From: Clostridia bacterium
Lineage (GTDB): Bacteria > Bacillota > Clostridia > UMGS1883
Direction: 5' to 3'
NCBI GenBank assembly: GCA_045638945.1
Contig: JAZUCF010000024.1
Span: 25,055-89,054, forward strand
DNA length: 64,000 nt
In this document: positions 38,302-48,102 of the stretch, piece after piece
Layout of the letters: every line of letters begins with the position of its first letter
Numbering within the stretch: position 1 is the first letter of the stretch
Made by a program: the position numbers and the translations under genes
Notes under the pieces: model-generated
Told to the model about the DNA's origin: nothing
The model's database searches: none
Seen by the model: the letters and a program-made list of their open reading frames with translations, nothing else

Positions 38302-39582
38302 ATGAGTATTATGTCAGTAAAGAAAGAGAAAATCACCATCGCAGTTATTGGCTGCGGCAGATTCGCAAAAAATTTCGTACCTCTTTTTAAGGCACACCCC
38401 GAAGTAAAAAAGGTTTACGTGTGTGACCTTATCCCCGAAAGAGCGAAGGACTATTCTGAGAGATTTGGCGTAGAGATTATCGGAAGCTTTGAGGAGGCTC
38501 TTGAATCAAAGGAGGTTAACTCCATTGCAATCTTCACCCAGCGTTTCAAGCACGCTCCTATGGCTATTGCATCTCTTAAAGCAGGTAAGCATGTTTACAG
38601 TGCGGTTCCCTGCTCACTCAAAATAGAAGAAATTAAGGAAATTATTGAACTTGTAACAAAAACACGCCTTACATATACTATGGGCGAAACAGGCTTCTAC
38701 AGAGCACCTGCAATATTCTGTCGTGAAGAATATGCAAAGGGAACCTTTGGTAAATTCACATATGGTGAAGCTCATTACAATCACGATATCAGAAATATGG
38801 AGGACAGCTTCAGAAGCTCTGGCGGAGATAGATGGAAAGAATTTGCAGGAATTCCTCCCATGTATTATCCTACACATTCAACCGCAATGGTTCTTAGCTC
38901 AATGCCCGGAGTATATGCTAAAAAGGTTGTGGCACTCGGTTATGCAGGAAGCCCCAGAACCGATATTTACGGAACCGAGGGACAGAATCTTTACAATAAT
39001 CCCTTCTCAAATACCACAATGCTTCTTGAGCTTTCAAACGGTGGTATAGCCAGAATCAGTGAAAACCGCTGCGTAGGCTGGAAAGCTCCCGAAACATATA
39101 TCTCACAGTTCTATGGAACAGACGGCGGATATGAATTTTCAGTTGCAAAACACCATGTTGCACACTGGAAAGAGGAGGATCCCAAGAGCGTAAACATGAA
39201 GGACGTAACAGCTAAGCTTCAGCCCGTGCATGTTAACGAGCTTATAAATACAGATTATGATGAAGCAATTCAGAAAATTGCCGACGGCGAAGGCTTTTAC
39301 GATGTATCTCCCATCCAGCCTGTGGAAAGACTTCCCAAGGAATATGAGGGAATTCATAACGGACACAACGGAACACATCACTTCCTGATTGACGACTTCT
39401 GCCGTGCATATGCAACAGGAAAGCTTTCTCCCACAAATATCTGGGAGGTGGCACGCTGGAACATTCCCGGACTTATGGCACATGAATCTGCCCTTGCAGG
39501 AGGAAAGGTTATGGATGTAATCGATTTTGGTGAACCTCCGGCAGACTGGGAAGTACTTGACTGGAAAACAAAAGGATATTAA
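38302..39582 (+). CDS. Gfo/Idh/MocA family oxidoreductase
   Basis: N-terminal Rossmann ITIAVIGCGRFAKNFVPLF and EKP-like region; 426 aa. Confidence 0.7.
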   Translation: MSIMSVKKEKITIAVIGCGRFAKNFVPLFKAHPEVKKVYVCDLIPERAKDYSERFGVEIIGSFEEALESKEVNSIAIFTQRFKHAPMAIASLKAGKHVYSAVPCSLKIEEIKEIIELVTKTRLTYTMGETGFYRAPAIFCREEYAKGTFGKFTYGEAHYNHDIRNMEDSFRSSGGDRWKEFAGIPPMYYPTHSTAMVLSSMPGVYAKKVVALGYAGSPRTDIYGTEGQNLYNNPFSNTTMLLELSNGGIARISENRCVGWKAPETYISQFYGTDGGYEFSVAKHHVAHWKEEDPKSVNMKDVTAKLQPVHVNELINTDYDEAIQKIADGEGFYDVSPIQPVERLPKEYEGIHNGHNGTHHFLIDDFCRAYATGKLSPTNIWEVARWNIPGLMAHESALAGGKVMDVIDFGEPPADWEVLDWKTKGY

Positions 39583-39591
39583 TATCTTTAA

Positions 39592-39632
39592 ACAAAAAAA
39601 GAAACGAAACTTATGTTTCGTTTCTTTTTTTG
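39592..39632. terminator. Bidirectional terminator (AAAAAAAGAAACGAAAC-ttat-GTTTCGTTTCTTTTTTT)
   Basis: Perfect palindrome incorporating A/T tracts. Confidence 0.65.
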
Positions 39633-39646
39633 TTTTGTTAATAAAT

Positions 39647-40549
39647 TTATTTAAAATATTCTTCTTTCAAATTTACTATGATGGAATCATTTGAATCATA
39701 GAGAGAAATTCCTTTTGGAAGCGACAGCTTTGTTTCAATGTCGCTACCAGCCTCATAGGGAGTAATGTCAAGTGGTTTTGTTTCAATTTGTTCAACCTTG
39801 TCAAGGTCGGATTTTTCACCAAAAATTCTGATGTTTGAGCTTTCGGGAAGCTTATGCTCCGTGCCGCCTTTCAGCTTTAATACCACGGGAACTGTTTTGG
39901 AATTGTAAAAAGAAAAGGAAACTTCAGTTGATGCAGGGATGCATTCTACTCTTTCCAGTACAACTCCGTTTTTATCATAGGCAATAAGCTTTACACTCTG
40001 CTTTCCTTTAGAAGGGGAAATTACCTCTGTTTTTACGGAGTCAACGAGGTTAAGTATGCTTTCTGGTGCTTTCAAAGTAGCTTTTTTATCTGATGCAGTG
40101 TGTGATTTTACTTTAAAATCCGAACCTTCCTTTTGCTCAAATGAGACATCAATATTAAATGATTTTGTTTCTATAGGTTCAATTACCACTGAAATATTTT
40201 TTCCCTTCGCCGTGAAAACGGGATCTGAGGTAACATTTGATGACACTGCAACGTGAACAGAATATTTACCCGGCTTTCTGAAAGAGGAAACGTTTATTAC
40301 GCCGGTGGTGTTCTTGTTGGTAAGTCTTGCCAGTGTCAATCTTTTTGCATTTGCTATTACCGAGATACTGTTGTCGGAAACGGAATAAACTGAAAGTCCG
40401 TTTTCATTAAGTGCCTGTTCTCCCGAGAGCGTAATCGGGACATCATCGATTGTTTTTGTCATGGTGGGGTTTTCCTGATAGGAAACATAAATCCAAAGCA
40501 CCACGGCAAGTAATGTACAAATAATTTTAAGAGCAAGCTTATTTTGCAT
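39647..40549 (-). CDS. cdaR: YbbR-domain protein CdaR (regulator of diadenylate cyclase CdaA)
   Basis: N-terminal TM then YbbR repeats; start ATG at 40549 overlaps the cdaA stop (TAATG). Confidence 0.75.
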   Translation of the reverse strand: MQNKLALKIICTLLAVVLWIYVSYQENPTMTKTIDDVPITLSGEQALNENGLSVYSVSDNSISVIANAKRLTLARLTNKNTTGVINVSSFRKPGKYSVHVAVSSNVTSDPVFTAKGKNISVVIEPIETKSFNIDVSFEQKEGSDFKVKSHTASDKKATLKAPESILNLVDSVKTEVISPSKGKQSVKLIAYDKNGVVLERVECIPASTEVSFSFYNSKTVPVVLKLKGGTEHKLPESSNIRIFGEKSDLDKVEQIETKPLDITPYEAGSDIETKLSLPKGISLYDSNDSIIVNLKEEYFK

Positions 40550-41397
40550 TATTTTTTCCATTTTAAGCGCTCCTTCCACTTTGACAAAGAATTGTCTTTG
40601 TTATCTGAAGAATCGGATGCTAAAACTTTCATAATTACCTTTTTCAAAGAATCTTCAGTATAGTTGCGGCTCATATTTCCGCCCAGTGTAAAACTGATTT
40701 TACCCGTTTCCTCACTGACAACAATAACTGCCGCATCCGAGCTTTCTGAAAGCCCCAGGGCGGCTCTGTGCCTTGTTCCCAGTTCGCGGCTCAATGTTTC
40801 ATTCGGTGTAAGGGGAAGAATACAGCGTGCCGCTATAATTTTATTATCTCTGATTATAACTGCACCGTCGTGCAGAGGTGTGTTTGGAATAAAAATGTTT
40901 ATGAGTAGTTCACTGGAGACATCTGCGTTAAGCTCGCAGCCCGTTCTTACGATATCGCCGATTTTGGTTTCTCTCTCAATTACCATGAGCGCACCTATTC
41001 TTCGGCTGGACATAGCCACGGCGGCAGATGCAATTTCCGAGGCAAGAAGCTCGGTATCATTCTTTTCATCCTGTGTAAACAGGGAGGAGAAGTTTACTCT
41101 GCCCACCTGCTCAAGAGCACGCCTCAGCTCCGGCTGGAAAATTACGATAAAGGCGATAAGTGCAAATTGCATCAGGTTGCGAAGAAGGTAATTTATCGTA
41201 GTGAGTTCAAAAACGTCACTTATCCATGTGAAAATTAAAAGAAGTATAATTCCCTTGATAAGTGTTCCCGCTCTCGTTTCGCGGACCAGAGAAGACAATT
41301 TGTAAAAAACAAATGCGACAATTGCAATATCAATTATATCTGTCAGCCGCAGAAATGATAATGTAAGTGCAATGTCGCTCATCAATGCTTCAAACAA
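40549..41397 (-). CDS. cdaA: Diadenylate cyclase CdaA
   Basis: Three N-terminal TM helices and a DAC domain (DGAVIIRDNKIIAARCILPL, RHRAALGLSE); TTG at 41397 has the best RBS spacing (AAGGTGG + 9 nt), ATG at 41382 is the alternative. Confidence 0.8.
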   Translation of the reverse strand: MFEALMSDIALTLSFLRLTDIIDIAIVAFVFYKLSSLVRETRAGTLIKGIILLLIFTWISDVFELTTINYLLRNLMQFALIAFIVIFQPELRRALEQVGRVNFSSLFTQDEKNDTELLASEIASAAVAMSSRRIGALMVIERETKIGDIVRTGCELNADVSSELLINIFIPNTPLHDGAVIIRDNKIIAARCILPLTPNETLSRELGTRHRAALGLSESSDAAVIVVSEETGKISFTLGGNMSRNYTEDSLKKVIMKVLASDSSDNKDNSLSKWKERLKWKK

Positions 41398-41490
41398 TAA
41401 CTCCAACCACCTTTACGTATAATATAATATTATACAATAAAAATTGGGTTAATGAAAGTATTTTTTTCATAATTTAATTTAATTGTAAAA

Positions 41491-42606
41491 TTACTTTTCC
41501 GATATTATATTTTCAAGCGCCTGTACAGCAGTTGTTATTTCGTCCTTTGTATTAAAATAACCTGCTGAAAACCTGAGAAGTCCGCTTGAAATTGTTCCCA
41601 GAGTCCTGTGTGCCATCGGACAACAATGAAGCCCCGCGCGTGTTGCTATATTATGTTCAAGGTCCAGTCTTCCTGCCACCTCAACGCAATCATGATTTTT
41701 AAGAAGAACCCCCATAACGGCGGTGTCGCTTTTTCCCAATAGCTTTATTCCTTTTACAGTGGAAAGCTGTTCTTTGAAAAATGCACCAAGCTCTGCTTCT
41801 TTCTCAGCGACTCCTTCACGCATTACAAATTTGATACCCTCGCACAGACCTGCAATTGCACATGTATTAATTGTGCCTGCCTCAAAGCGTTCGGGAAGGC
41901 TTTCGGGCATAAAGGCACTTTCGGACAAGCTTCCCGTACCGCCTTCGATTAAAGTGTCAAGCTTTAAACCTTTACGGATGTATAAAACACCTGTGCCAAA
42001 AGGACCGTACAGCCCTTTATGCCCTGCAAATGCAATTAAGTCTCCGCAGGAGGTATCAATGGGCAGTATTCCGCCGCTTTGTGCCGCATCTATCAGAGTA
42101 AGCACATTTTTCTCGCGTGCACGTTTGCAAATCTCTCTTACGGGGTTAACGCTGCCCACAACATTTGAAGCATGAACAATACAAATCAGCTTTGTTTGGG
42201 GAGTAATTGCAGATATAACATCGTCTGCATTAACAATACCCTCATGGTTTGCACGCACAATTTTTACCTTAGCCCCACGCTTTTCCATACTTATGCAGCT
42301 TCTTAAAACACTGTTATGCTCCATGGAAGAAATAATAATTTCATCGCCGCTTTTAATAATCCCCTTAACAGCAAGATTAATTGCTTCGGTGGTGTTTTTT
42401 GTGAAAATTATCTGCTCGGGACTGTCAGCTTTGATGAAATCAGCCATTGTCTCACGGCATTCATAAACCTTTTCAAAGCTTTTCCTTGCAAGATAATGTC
42501 CTCCCCGTCCCGCATTTCCTCCGTAGCTTTTCATGCAATCGGCGACGCAGTCAATCACACTTTGGGGTTTGGGAAAAGTTGTGGCGGCATTGTCAAGATA
42601 AATCAT
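41491..42606 (-). CDS. Cysteine desulfurase family (aminotransferase class V) protein
   Basis: PLP-lysine region AFAGHKGLYGPFGTGVLYI and catalytic-loop Cys near the C-terminus (..GLHCCPMAH). Confidence 0.8.
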   Translation of the reverse strand: MIYLDNAATTFPKPQSVIDCVADCMKSYGGNAGRGGHYLARKSFEKVYECRETMADFIKADSPEQIIFTKNTTEAINLAVKGIIKSGDEIIISSMEHNSVLRSCISMEKRGAKVKIVRANHEGIVNADDVISAITPQTKLICIVHASNVVGSVNPVREICKRAREKNVLTLIDAAQSGGILPIDTSCGDLIAFAGHKGLYGPFGTGVLYIRKGLKLDTLIEGGTGSLSESAFMPESLPERFEAGTINTCAIAGLCEGIKFVMREGVAEKEAELGAFFKEQLSTVKGIKLLGKSDTAVMGVLLKNHDCVEVAGRLDLEHNIATRAGLHCCPMAHRTLGTISSGLLRFSAGYFNTKDEITTAVQALENIISEK

Positions 42607-42617
42607 CGCGTTCCTCC

Positions 42618-42872
42618 TTATTCTACCACTTTTGAATAGGTTTTTTTGCCTTCGGATTCACTTTCATAGTAGAAAGAGCGTATTCTTACACCAAGCTCCT
42701 TGGCGGCATTTAATATTATGTTTTTTGCACTGTCGTCAAAACGCAGACTATATCCACATCCCTCTCTTGCTATTGCCTGCGGCGTCTGAATAACAGAGGA
42801 ATACACCCCGAATTCGTAGGCGTGCCGTTTCAGCCGTGTTGCTGATGTAATTGAAGCCATTGTTGCAAGCAT
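42618..42872 (-). CDS. DUF3343-like small protein (putative S/Se carrier partner of the cysteine desulfurase)
   Basis: 84 aa, immediately upstream of the desulfurase, with a conserved internal Cys (..AIAREGCGYS..). Confidence 0.4.
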   Translation of the reverse strand: MLATMASITSATRLKRHAYEFGVYSSVIQTPQAIAREGCGYSLRFDDSAKNIILNAAKELGVRIRSFYYESESEGKKTYSKVVE

Positions 42873-43068
42873 TGAAATCTCTCCATTCCTTTATTGCACA
42901 TACTTTATTTTATGCTGAACGCACTTCTTTGGTTATAGCGGAAGTATGAATTATTAAAAATGTAACAAATTCGTAAAGAATAACAAAAATATGTTGAAAT
43001 AAAGAAAGAAAAGTGTTATTATAACTATATATGGCTATTTTGTGATTAAAAATTGGGAGGGAATTAAA

Positions 43069-44157
43069 TTGGTTAATAAATACCTAAACAATATCCTTAT
43101 ACAGACAAGCAAAATACTCGGATGCGAGGTTGGCATAATCGAGGGTAACGGAGCTGTGGTTACAGCATCGGGAATTAATGAAATTTCCATGAATGCGTCA
43201 GATGTGATTGATGCCTGCCAGACCTCAGGTTCAAGGTTGTTACAAGCAGGGGGATATACGTTCTTTGCCGTGAGTTCACGTGGACGTGTGGAGTATATCA
43301 CCTTTATTAAAAACGACGATCCCCTTATGGTTAAGCAGGCTGAGCTTCTTTCTTCCTACATCGGAACGCTCAGGCAGATGCATAACGATAAATATGATAA
43401 AACCAACTTTATTAAAAACATGCTTGCAGACAGCGTTCTTCCCGGAGATATTTTCCTAAAGAGCAAGGAGCTGCATCTTGCATTTGATGTTGACAGAGCA
43501 GTGTTTGCCCTTCGTTATGATGAAATCCGCGGAGTGGATGTTTTTGATATCATCAGCAAAATTTTTCCCGATAACGGAAAAGATTTTGTTATAGACCTTG
43601 ATAACAATATGATTGCCATTGTAGCGGAAGTGAAAATGGGAACAACCACTGCAGAGCTTGAAAAGCTCGCTTCCAAAATTGTCGATACGGTTACAAGCGA
43701 GGCGATGGTTGATGTTAATTTAGGCATAGGAACAGTAGCTTCCAGCATAAAGGATATAGCCAAAAGCTATAAAGAGGCGAGAATTGCATTGGAAGTAGGT
43801 AAGGTGTTTGATGGGGACAAGTTTATCATGAACTATGATAATCTCGGAATCGCCCGTCTTATCTATCAGCTTCCCACTACTCTTTGCGAGCTTTTCCTTT
43901 CTGAAGTATTCAAGAAGGATTCCATTGATTCTCTGGATTCGGAAACATTACATACAATACAGAAATTCTTTGAAAACAATCTGAATGTATCCGAAACCTC
44001 CCGTCAGCTTTATGTTCACAGAAACACCCTCGTTTACAGACTTGACAAGGTGAGGAAGATTACAGGTCTTGATTTAAGAATTTTTGACCATGCTATCGTA
44101 TTCAAAGTAGCTCTTATGGTTAAAAAGTATCTGGTATCAAAACCGATGCGTATTTGA
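43069..44157 (+). CDS. PucR/CdaR family transcriptional regulator
   Basis: C-terminal PucR-type HTH (SETSRQLYVHRNTLVYRLDKVRKITGLDLR); TTG start after a GGGAGGG RBS. Confidence 0.75.
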   Translation: MVNKYLNNILIQTSKILGCEVGIIEGNGAVVTASGINEISMNASDVIDACQTSGSRLLQAGGYTFFAVSSRGRVEYITFIKNDDPLMVKQAELLSSYIGTLRQMHNDKYDKTNFIKNMLADSVLPGDIFLKSKELHLAFDVDRAVFALRYDEIRGVDVFDIISKIFPDNGKDFVIDLDNNMIAIVAEVKMGTTTAELEKLASKIVDTVTSEAMVDVNLGIGTVASSIKDIAKSYKEARIALEVGKVFDGDKFIMNYDNLGIARLIYQLPTTLCELFLSEVFKKDSIDSLDSETLHTIQKFFENNLNVSETSRQLYVHRNTLVYRLDKVRKITGLDLRIFDHAIVFKVALMVKKYLVSKPMRI

Positions 44158-44169
44158 TGGAAGGGTGAT

Positions 44170-44859
44170 TTGATGATAGAATTCAAAGAGGTTAGTGTTG
44201 TTTACGACAAAGATATTGTCGGGCTTGACAATGTATCTTTTAAAATAGAAGAGGGGGAATTTGTTTTCCTCGTTGGTAAAACAGGTGCGGGAAAAAGCTC
44301 TGCAATTAAACTGCTCACAGGTGAGATAAAACCCACAAGCGGTGATGTTATAGTAGACGGAATCGTGGTTAACAGGCTTAAAAGAAGAAAAATACCTTAT
44401 TTAAGAAGAGCACAGGGAGTGGTTTTCCAGGATTTCAGACTTCTTCCCAATAAGACCGTGTATGAAAACGTTGCCTTTGCGATGGAAATAACGGGGAAGA
44501 AAAAGAAAGATATTCAGAGAAAAGTTCCCAAGATACTCAGTCTTGTAGGACTTTCCGAGCGTGCAAATAACTATCCCAACGAAATTTCGGGCGGAGAGCA
44601 GCAGCGTGTAAGTATAGCAAGAGCACTTGTGAACAGTCCCTCTCTCATAATTGCGGACGAGCCTACGGGAAATCTTGACGTGGAAACATCTGCCGAGGTT
44701 ATGAATCTTTTTGAAGAAATTAATAAGATGGGCACAACTATTGTTATGGTTACTCATTCCGAAAAAATAGTTAACGATATGCAAAGGCGTGTAATACAGC
44801 TTGAAAACGGTGTGCTAGTACGCGATGAAGAAAACGGGGTGTATAACATTGGTGCTTAG
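44170..44859 (+). CDS. ftsE: Cell-division ATP-binding protein FtsE
   Basis: Walker A GKTGAGKSS, ABC signature LSGGEQQR, Walker B IIADEPTGNLD. Confidence 0.9.
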   Translation: MMIEFKEVSVVYDKDIVGLDNVSFKIEEGEFVFLVGKTGAGKSSAIKLLTGEIKPTSGDVIVDGIVVNRLKRRKIPYLRRAQGVVFQDFRLLPNKTVYENVAFAMEITGKKKKDIQRKVPKILSLVGLSERANNYPNEISGGEQQRVSIARALVNSPSLIIADEPTGNLDVETSAEVMNLFEEINKMGTTIVMVTHSEKIVNDMQRRVIQLENGVLVRDEENGVYNIGA

Positions 44860-45736
44860 AAATTTGAAATACTATATTAAAAGTGCCGCAAGCTCTTTTA
44901 AGAGAAACGGCATTATGACAATCGCATCTTTTATCACTGTTACATGCTGTTTATTCCTTTTTGGTGTGTTTGTGATATTTTCCATGAATATGAACTACAT
45001 AGGAAAGCAGCTTGAACAGCAGTGTGAGCTTCAGGCATATATGTATCTGGAAACCGACGAGCCGCAGCAGCGTGCGGTTTATGAAAAGGTACTGCAGCTT
45101 GATAATGTTTATGATGCAACTCTGGAAACTGAAAGACAGGCTTTTGAAAACTTTAAAAAACAGCTTGGCGAGGACGGTGACCTTTTAGACGGTCTTGAGG
45201 ATAAGGATTTCCTCAGAAGCTCCATAAAGATTACACTTAATGACATCAGAAAATCAAATGATACGAAAAAAGCTGTAGAGAAAATTTCAGGTATTGAAAA
45301 AGTGGAAAATTATCAGGACACTGTGGGAAAGGTTCTCAGTCTTACCGGTGCGGTAAACAAGGGAAGCACAGTGGGTATGATTGTGCTTATGATAATAGCG
45401 GTGTTTATTATCCAGAACACCATCAAGCTCAGCGTTTTCGCACGTGAGAAGGAAATACATATTATGAAATTTGTAGGTGCTACCGACAGATTCATAAGGA
45501 CTCCCTTTGTAATAGAGGGAATTATGATAGGTGCTTTGGGCTTTATTGTGTCGTATACGGTAATACTCTTTAGCTATACTCCTGCAATTAGCACGGTTAA
45601 AGACCTTATAAAAATGTTTGATTTTCTTCCGCTTCAGTCGTGTGCTTTGCAGCTTGGTGTCATGATGGCACTTTTCGGCACAATGATGGGAGCAATAGGC
45701 AGTGCAGTGTCGATAAAGAGACACCTTAAGGTGTGA
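44849..45736 (+). CDS. ftsX: Cell-division permease FtsX
   Basis: N-terminus LVLRNLKYYIKSAASSFKRNGIMT parallels FtsX (..LSRNGWMT..), 4 TM segments; TTG start overlaps the ftsE stop. Confidence 0.85.
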   Translation: MVLRNLKYYIKSAASSFKRNGIMTIASFITVTCCLFLFGVFVIFSMNMNYIGKQLEQQCELQAYMYLETDEPQQRAVYEKVLQLDNVYDATLETERQAFENFKKQLGEDGDLLDGLEDKDFLRSSIKITLNDIRKSNDTKKAVEKISGIEKVENYQDTVGKVLSLTGAVNKGSTVGMIVLMIIAVFIIQNTIKLSVFAREKEIHIMKFVGATDRFIRTPFVIEGIMIGALGFIVSYTVILFSYTPAISTVKDLIKMFDFLPLQSCALQLGVMMALFGTMMGAIGSAVSIKRHLKV

Positions 45737-45768
45737 CGTTTTTACGTAGCAGAAAGGAATTTTACGCT

Positions 45769-46929
45769 ATGAACAAAAGAACAAGGGAAATTTTGAAAAA
45801 AACATTTGCCGCCCTTTGCGCAAGTGTTGTTGTAATAGCTCTTGTAGCTTCGGTGTTTTTGCCCGTGGTAAGAGCCGCAACTCAAAAACAGCTTGATGAT
45901 GCGAAAAATAAAACACAGCAGGCAAAGACTGCCGCACAGAAAGCAGAAGCTGAGAAAAAGGCGGCTATCAACTCATATAATGCACTTGATGCACAGATAC
46001 AAAGTACAGAAAATGAGATTGATACTCTTGAAAAACAAATAGAGCAGACTAAAAAGGACATAGAGCTTAAAGAAGAAGAGCTAAAACTTGCCGAGGAGCA
46101 ACTTGAAAGCCACGAAAAGGCTTTTATGGCACGGGCAGGAGCTATGTATGAGCATAACGACATAAAATATGTCGAATTACTCTTTAAGGCTGACAGTTTA
46201 AGTGATTTTCTCACCAAAATAGACATGATTACGCAAATTATGGAATATGATGATAAGGTTCTGACGGATTTAAAAGAAACCCGTGAGAAAATTAACCTTG
46301 CCAAAAAACAGCTTGAGGACATTCTTGTAAGACAAGAGGAGGATTCAAAGAAGCTTGAAACTAAAAGGGCGTCGCTTTCTCTTGCCTTGGCAGAAAAAGA
46401 AAAACTGATGAAGGAAGCCATCAGGAATGCAGACAGATATAAGGCTATATATGAAGCCGCAGAACAGGCAGAACAGGCATTAATCAGAGAAAACAGAAAC
46501 GCATTTTCTCAAAGCGGATATAATGTTAAATATACCGGCGGAAGATTTGCATGGCCGGTTCCGGGAAGCCATAGAATTACCAGCCAGTACGGCGAGAGAA
46601 TACACCCCGTATATAAGACCCGTAAGTTCCATTCGGGAATTGATATTGGTGCAGGCTACGGACTTGACATAATCGCCGCTGCGGATGGTAAGGTAACTCT
46701 TGCCACAACCAACGGAGGCTACGGCAAATGCGTAGTTATCAACCACGGAAGCGGAATAACTACGCTTTATGGGCATTGCAGCACTATGCTTGTTTCCGCA
46801 GGCGATACTGTAACCAAGGGTCAGGTAATTGCTAAAGTAGGCTCTACAGGAGTTTCTACGGGTCCTCATCTTCATTTTGAAGTTCGTATAAACGGTGCAA
46901 CCACAAACCCCTTAAACTATCTTTCATAA
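45769..46929 (+). CDS. Coiled-coil M23 family metallopeptidase (EnvC/PcsB-like FtsEX-coupled hydrolase or activator)
   Basis: Signal/TM, long coiled-coil region, C-terminal LytM/M23 domain with HSGIDIGA and HLHFEV. Confidence 0.85.
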   Translation: MNKRTREILKKTFAALCASVVVIALVASVFLPVVRAATQKQLDDAKNKTQQAKTAAQKAEAEKKAAINSYNALDAQIQSTENEIDTLEKQIEQTKKDIELKEEELKLAEEQLESHEKAFMARAGAMYEHNDIKYVELLFKADSLSDFLTKIDMITQIMEYDDKVLTDLKETREKINLAKKQLEDILVRQEEDSKKLETKRASLSLALAEKEKLMKEAIRNADRYKAIYEAAEQAEQALIRENRNAFSQSGYNVKYTGGRFAWPVPGSHRITSQYGERIHPVYKTRKFHSGIDIGAGYGLDIIAAADGKVTLATTNGGYGKCVVINHGSGITTLYGHCSTMLVSAGDTVTKGQVIAKVGSTGVSTGPHLHFEVRINGATTNPLNYLS

Positions 46930-46943
46930 AGGGAGTCTTTCAG

Positions 46944-48098
46944 GTGAATAAAATCTCAAAGAAGACACTATTTACCATTTTAATTACTTTTGCAGTGACG
47001 TATCTTCTTACAAGTGCGTTTCGTCCGCAATTTGCTGATTTTAAACGTCTTGAACGCATTATGCAGATTATAGACGAGCAGTATGTGGGTGATTACAGCC
47101 GCGAGAAATGCGAAGAAGCGGCAATAAATGCAGTGCTTGGAAGCATAGACGATAAGTATGCGGTTTATTATGATGAGGAAAATGCAAAAGAAACCATGCA
47201 GAATATCGAGGGATACTACTACGGCATAGGAGTAGAGGTGTTTGCAAATACACAAAAGAACGCTATTGAGATTCTCTCGGTGCATGCATCTTCTCCTGCG
47301 GAAAAGGCGGGAATAATGCAAGGCGATTTGCTGCTTTCAATAGATGGTAAGGATTATGGTGCCGATGGGCTTGCTGATGCGGTAAGCTATATAAAAGGTG
47401 ACGGAACGAAAGCTTCTCTGGGTAAGACTATTGATATTGTACTTAGTCGTGGCAGTGAGAAAATTCCTGTTACGCTTAAGCGTGCAAAGCTCGGTTTATA
47501 TGCAGTCAAAAGCGAAATGCTTGATGATATTTGCTATATACGCTATGACGGGTTTACCCAGAAGTCCCTCAGTGATTTTAAGAAAATTGTAAATTCCCTT
47601 GATGAGAAAAAGGTTAAGGGTCTTGTAATTGATATAAGATACAATCCAGGAGGGGAGTTTTCAAGCGTTATTGAAATGTGCGACCTTTTCCTGGACGAAG
47701 AGCCGATAATGTACACTATTGACAAAAAAGGTGATAAAACCGTGTACACAGGTACAAAAGGAAAAAAATCTTTTCCCATGGCAGTTATAGTAAGCGGTTC
47801 ATCGGCAAGTGCCTCGGAGGTTTTTGCAGGTGCTATGCAGGCTAATAAGCGTGCTGTAATAATAGGGGAGGAGACCTTTGGGAAAGGTGTTACCCAGTCA
47901 GTTATGTATCTTGACAGGGTTGATAAATCCATGGGTGCAGTTAAATTAACAACCTACAAAAACTATACACCCGACGGCAGATGGATTAACGAAAAGATTA
48001 TTCCCGATATAAAGGTGGAAATTGATAAAATTGGCTCAAATATCAGGGAAGATGCCGCTTTTAAAGCTGCTGTAGATTATTTTAACAAGGAAAATTAG
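46944..48098 (+). CDS. ctpA: S41 family C-terminal processing peptidase
   Basis: PDZ domain plus catalytic region GSSASASEVFAGAMQ .. TFGKG (Ser/Lys dyad). Confidence 0.85.
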   Translation: MNKISKKTLFTILITFAVTYLLTSAFRPQFADFKRLERIMQIIDEQYVGDYSREKCEEAAINAVLGSIDDKYAVYYDEENAKETMQNIEGYYYGIGVEVFANTQKNAIEILSVHASSPAEKAGIMQGDLLLSIDGKDYGADGLADAVSYIKGDGTKASLGKTIDIVLSRGSEKIPVTLKRAKLGLYAVKSEMLDDICYIRYDGFTQKSLSDFKKIVNSLDEKKVKGLVIDIRYNPGGEFSSVIEMCDLFLDEEPIMYTIDKKGDKTVYTGTKGKKSFPMAVIVSGSSASASEVFAGAMQANKRAVIIGEETFGKGVTQSVMYLDRVDKSMGAVKLTTYKNYTPDGRWINEKIIPDIKVEIDKIGSNIREDAAFKAAVDYFNKEN

Positions 48099-48102
48099 TA
48101 AA

